NCBI GenBank assembly: GCA_022394775.1
Contig: JAGFCB010000076.1
Coordinates: forward strand, 407-64,406
Origin: Candidatus Poribacteria bacterium
GTDB taxonomy: Bacteria; Poribacteria; WGA-4E; WGA-3G
Direction: 5' to 3'
DNA: 64,000 bases
The position numbers and the translations under genes are program-made. Shown in pieces: positions 63,336 to 64,000 of the stretch. The notes under the pieces were generated by a model. It saw only the letters and a program-made list of their open reading frames with translations. It had not been told where the DNA came from and did not search any database. Position 1 is the stretch's first letter. Each line of letters opens with the position of its first letter.

Positions 63336-63848
63336 ATGGATCTAAAAAAGATCGAAGAACAATTATTAGACTTTGCCGAGGAAATCGGCGGCAAAGAATT
63401 CGTAGAGGAGCTCGTTATGGAACACAAAAACCCCCAGCAAAACAGCGAACAAGACACGGAGGGGACAGACCCCTTTGAAGAAGATCGTTTTTACTTAGAT
63501 AGCGAACTCATTCGCGTCCGAATCAAAGAATGCCAACTCACGCTGAAACAACTCCATGAGCAGGTCGGTGTCTCCTACCGAACCGTTATCCGATGGCTCA
63601 ATAACACCGAATTTCCAAAACATCAGAACTTAGTGCAACTCGCAGAAGCACTACAACTTGAACCCCACGAGTTAGTCTTGAGAAAAATGATGGGACGCCG
63701 AAACATGATGGAGGAGAGCCTCCGATTCACACAACGCAGCATTGAGAGCATCGTCACCGAAATCCTTAACGACGAGAAAATGCCCAAGGAAAAGAAAGTT
63801 GATGCACTCGCGAAATATTACAATATACTCCTAAAGGGAAAGAAATAG
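63336..63848 (+). CDS. XRE-family helix-turn-helix transcriptional regulator
   Basis: AAGGA RBS then ATG at 63336. HTH segment LTLKQLHEQVGVSYRTVIRWLNN; acidic N-terminal region. Confidence 0.75.
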   Translation: MDLKKIEEQLLDFAEEIGGKEFVEELVMEHKNPQQNSEQDTEGTDPFEEDRFYLDSELIRVRIKECQLTLKQLHEQVGVSYRTVIRWLNNTEFPKHQNLVQLAEALQLEPHELVLRKMMGRRNMMEESLRFTQRSIESIVTEILNDEKMPKEKKVDALAKYYNILLKGKK

Positions 63849-64000
63849 TTAACGAAATAGAAATATCATGAGGAATCTCTAAGATATTTCCATTGAATCC
63901 AAACTATCACACGAAGATTTCTAAATTGTCCAAAGTTTAGCAGCTTAAAATAATGCAACAGATCGTGCCTAAAACCCGTCACTTAAGTTAAAAGACGAAA

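Noticed and set aside
1-64000. A prophage, integrative element or IS explanation for the accessory-looking genes (RM, hicBA, XRE).
   Set aside because: No integrase, transposase, recombinase, or phage structural or replication gene is recognisable anywhere in the window. tRNA-Sec is flanked by housekeeping genes with no direct-repeat att candidate.

Overview
This 64 kb window is a densely coding bacterial chromosome segment with about 45 credible CDS on both strands and one tRNA. I found no rRNA, CRISPR array, transposase or integrase. Gene content includes a sulfatase with a formylglycine-generating enzyme, an FG-GAP/ASPIC protein, WD40/TPR/BNR beta-propeller expansions and a Pirellula/Verrucomicrobium-type heme domain. 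That mix suggests an uncultivated marine heterotroph of the Poribacteria/PVC kind, but the taxonomy is inference only.

Order of main features:
- selB (5' truncated) and tRNA-Sec, then lipA.
- A XoxF-like PQQ dehydrogenase with XoxJ-like binding protein and diheme cytochrome c.
- Two tandem dapB copies, a BNR/Ycf48-like lipoprotein, a PhyH-family protein and dapL.
- A propeller/Y_Y_Y sensor fused to a PP2C phosphatase, a GHMP-kinase/nucleotidyltransferase fusion, and a polytopic HExxH/TPR protein.
- Two tandem 14-blade WD40 paralogs, then a PspA/IM30 gene followed by a two-module AAA+ ATPase.
- A three-gene hicBA-type cassette, Gfo/Idh/MocA, rhodanese and an orphan PotD-like binding protein.
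- Two tandem membrane proteins built from a repeated module I cannot name.
- A sulfated-glycan style cluster: sulfatase, UxuA-like, propeller, BNR sialidase-like, TPR, FGE, ASPIC.
- Three secreted proteins sharing a C-terminal motif, a double-vWA protein, moaB, ecfT and a metallophosphoesterase.
- A helicase-less type IIG/ISP-like restriction-modification fusion, an HExxH peptidase and a large unknown protein.
- A 1.6 kb ORF-poor region full of repeats, ending in a consensus promoter, palindromic operators and an XRE-type HTH gene.

Intergenic DNA is saturated with several short repeat families: TIR-bounded MITE-like elements, GC-rich palindromes, a stop-codon-associated GTTATCAG module, and a conserved RBS-containing leader.

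The best candidate for a novel system is the PspA (ESCRT-III superfamily) plus classical-clade AAA+ ATPase pair at about 25.9-28.7 kb. The repeat-module membrane proteins at 33.3-35.6 kb come second. All product calls come from reading motifs by eye; no database search was run.
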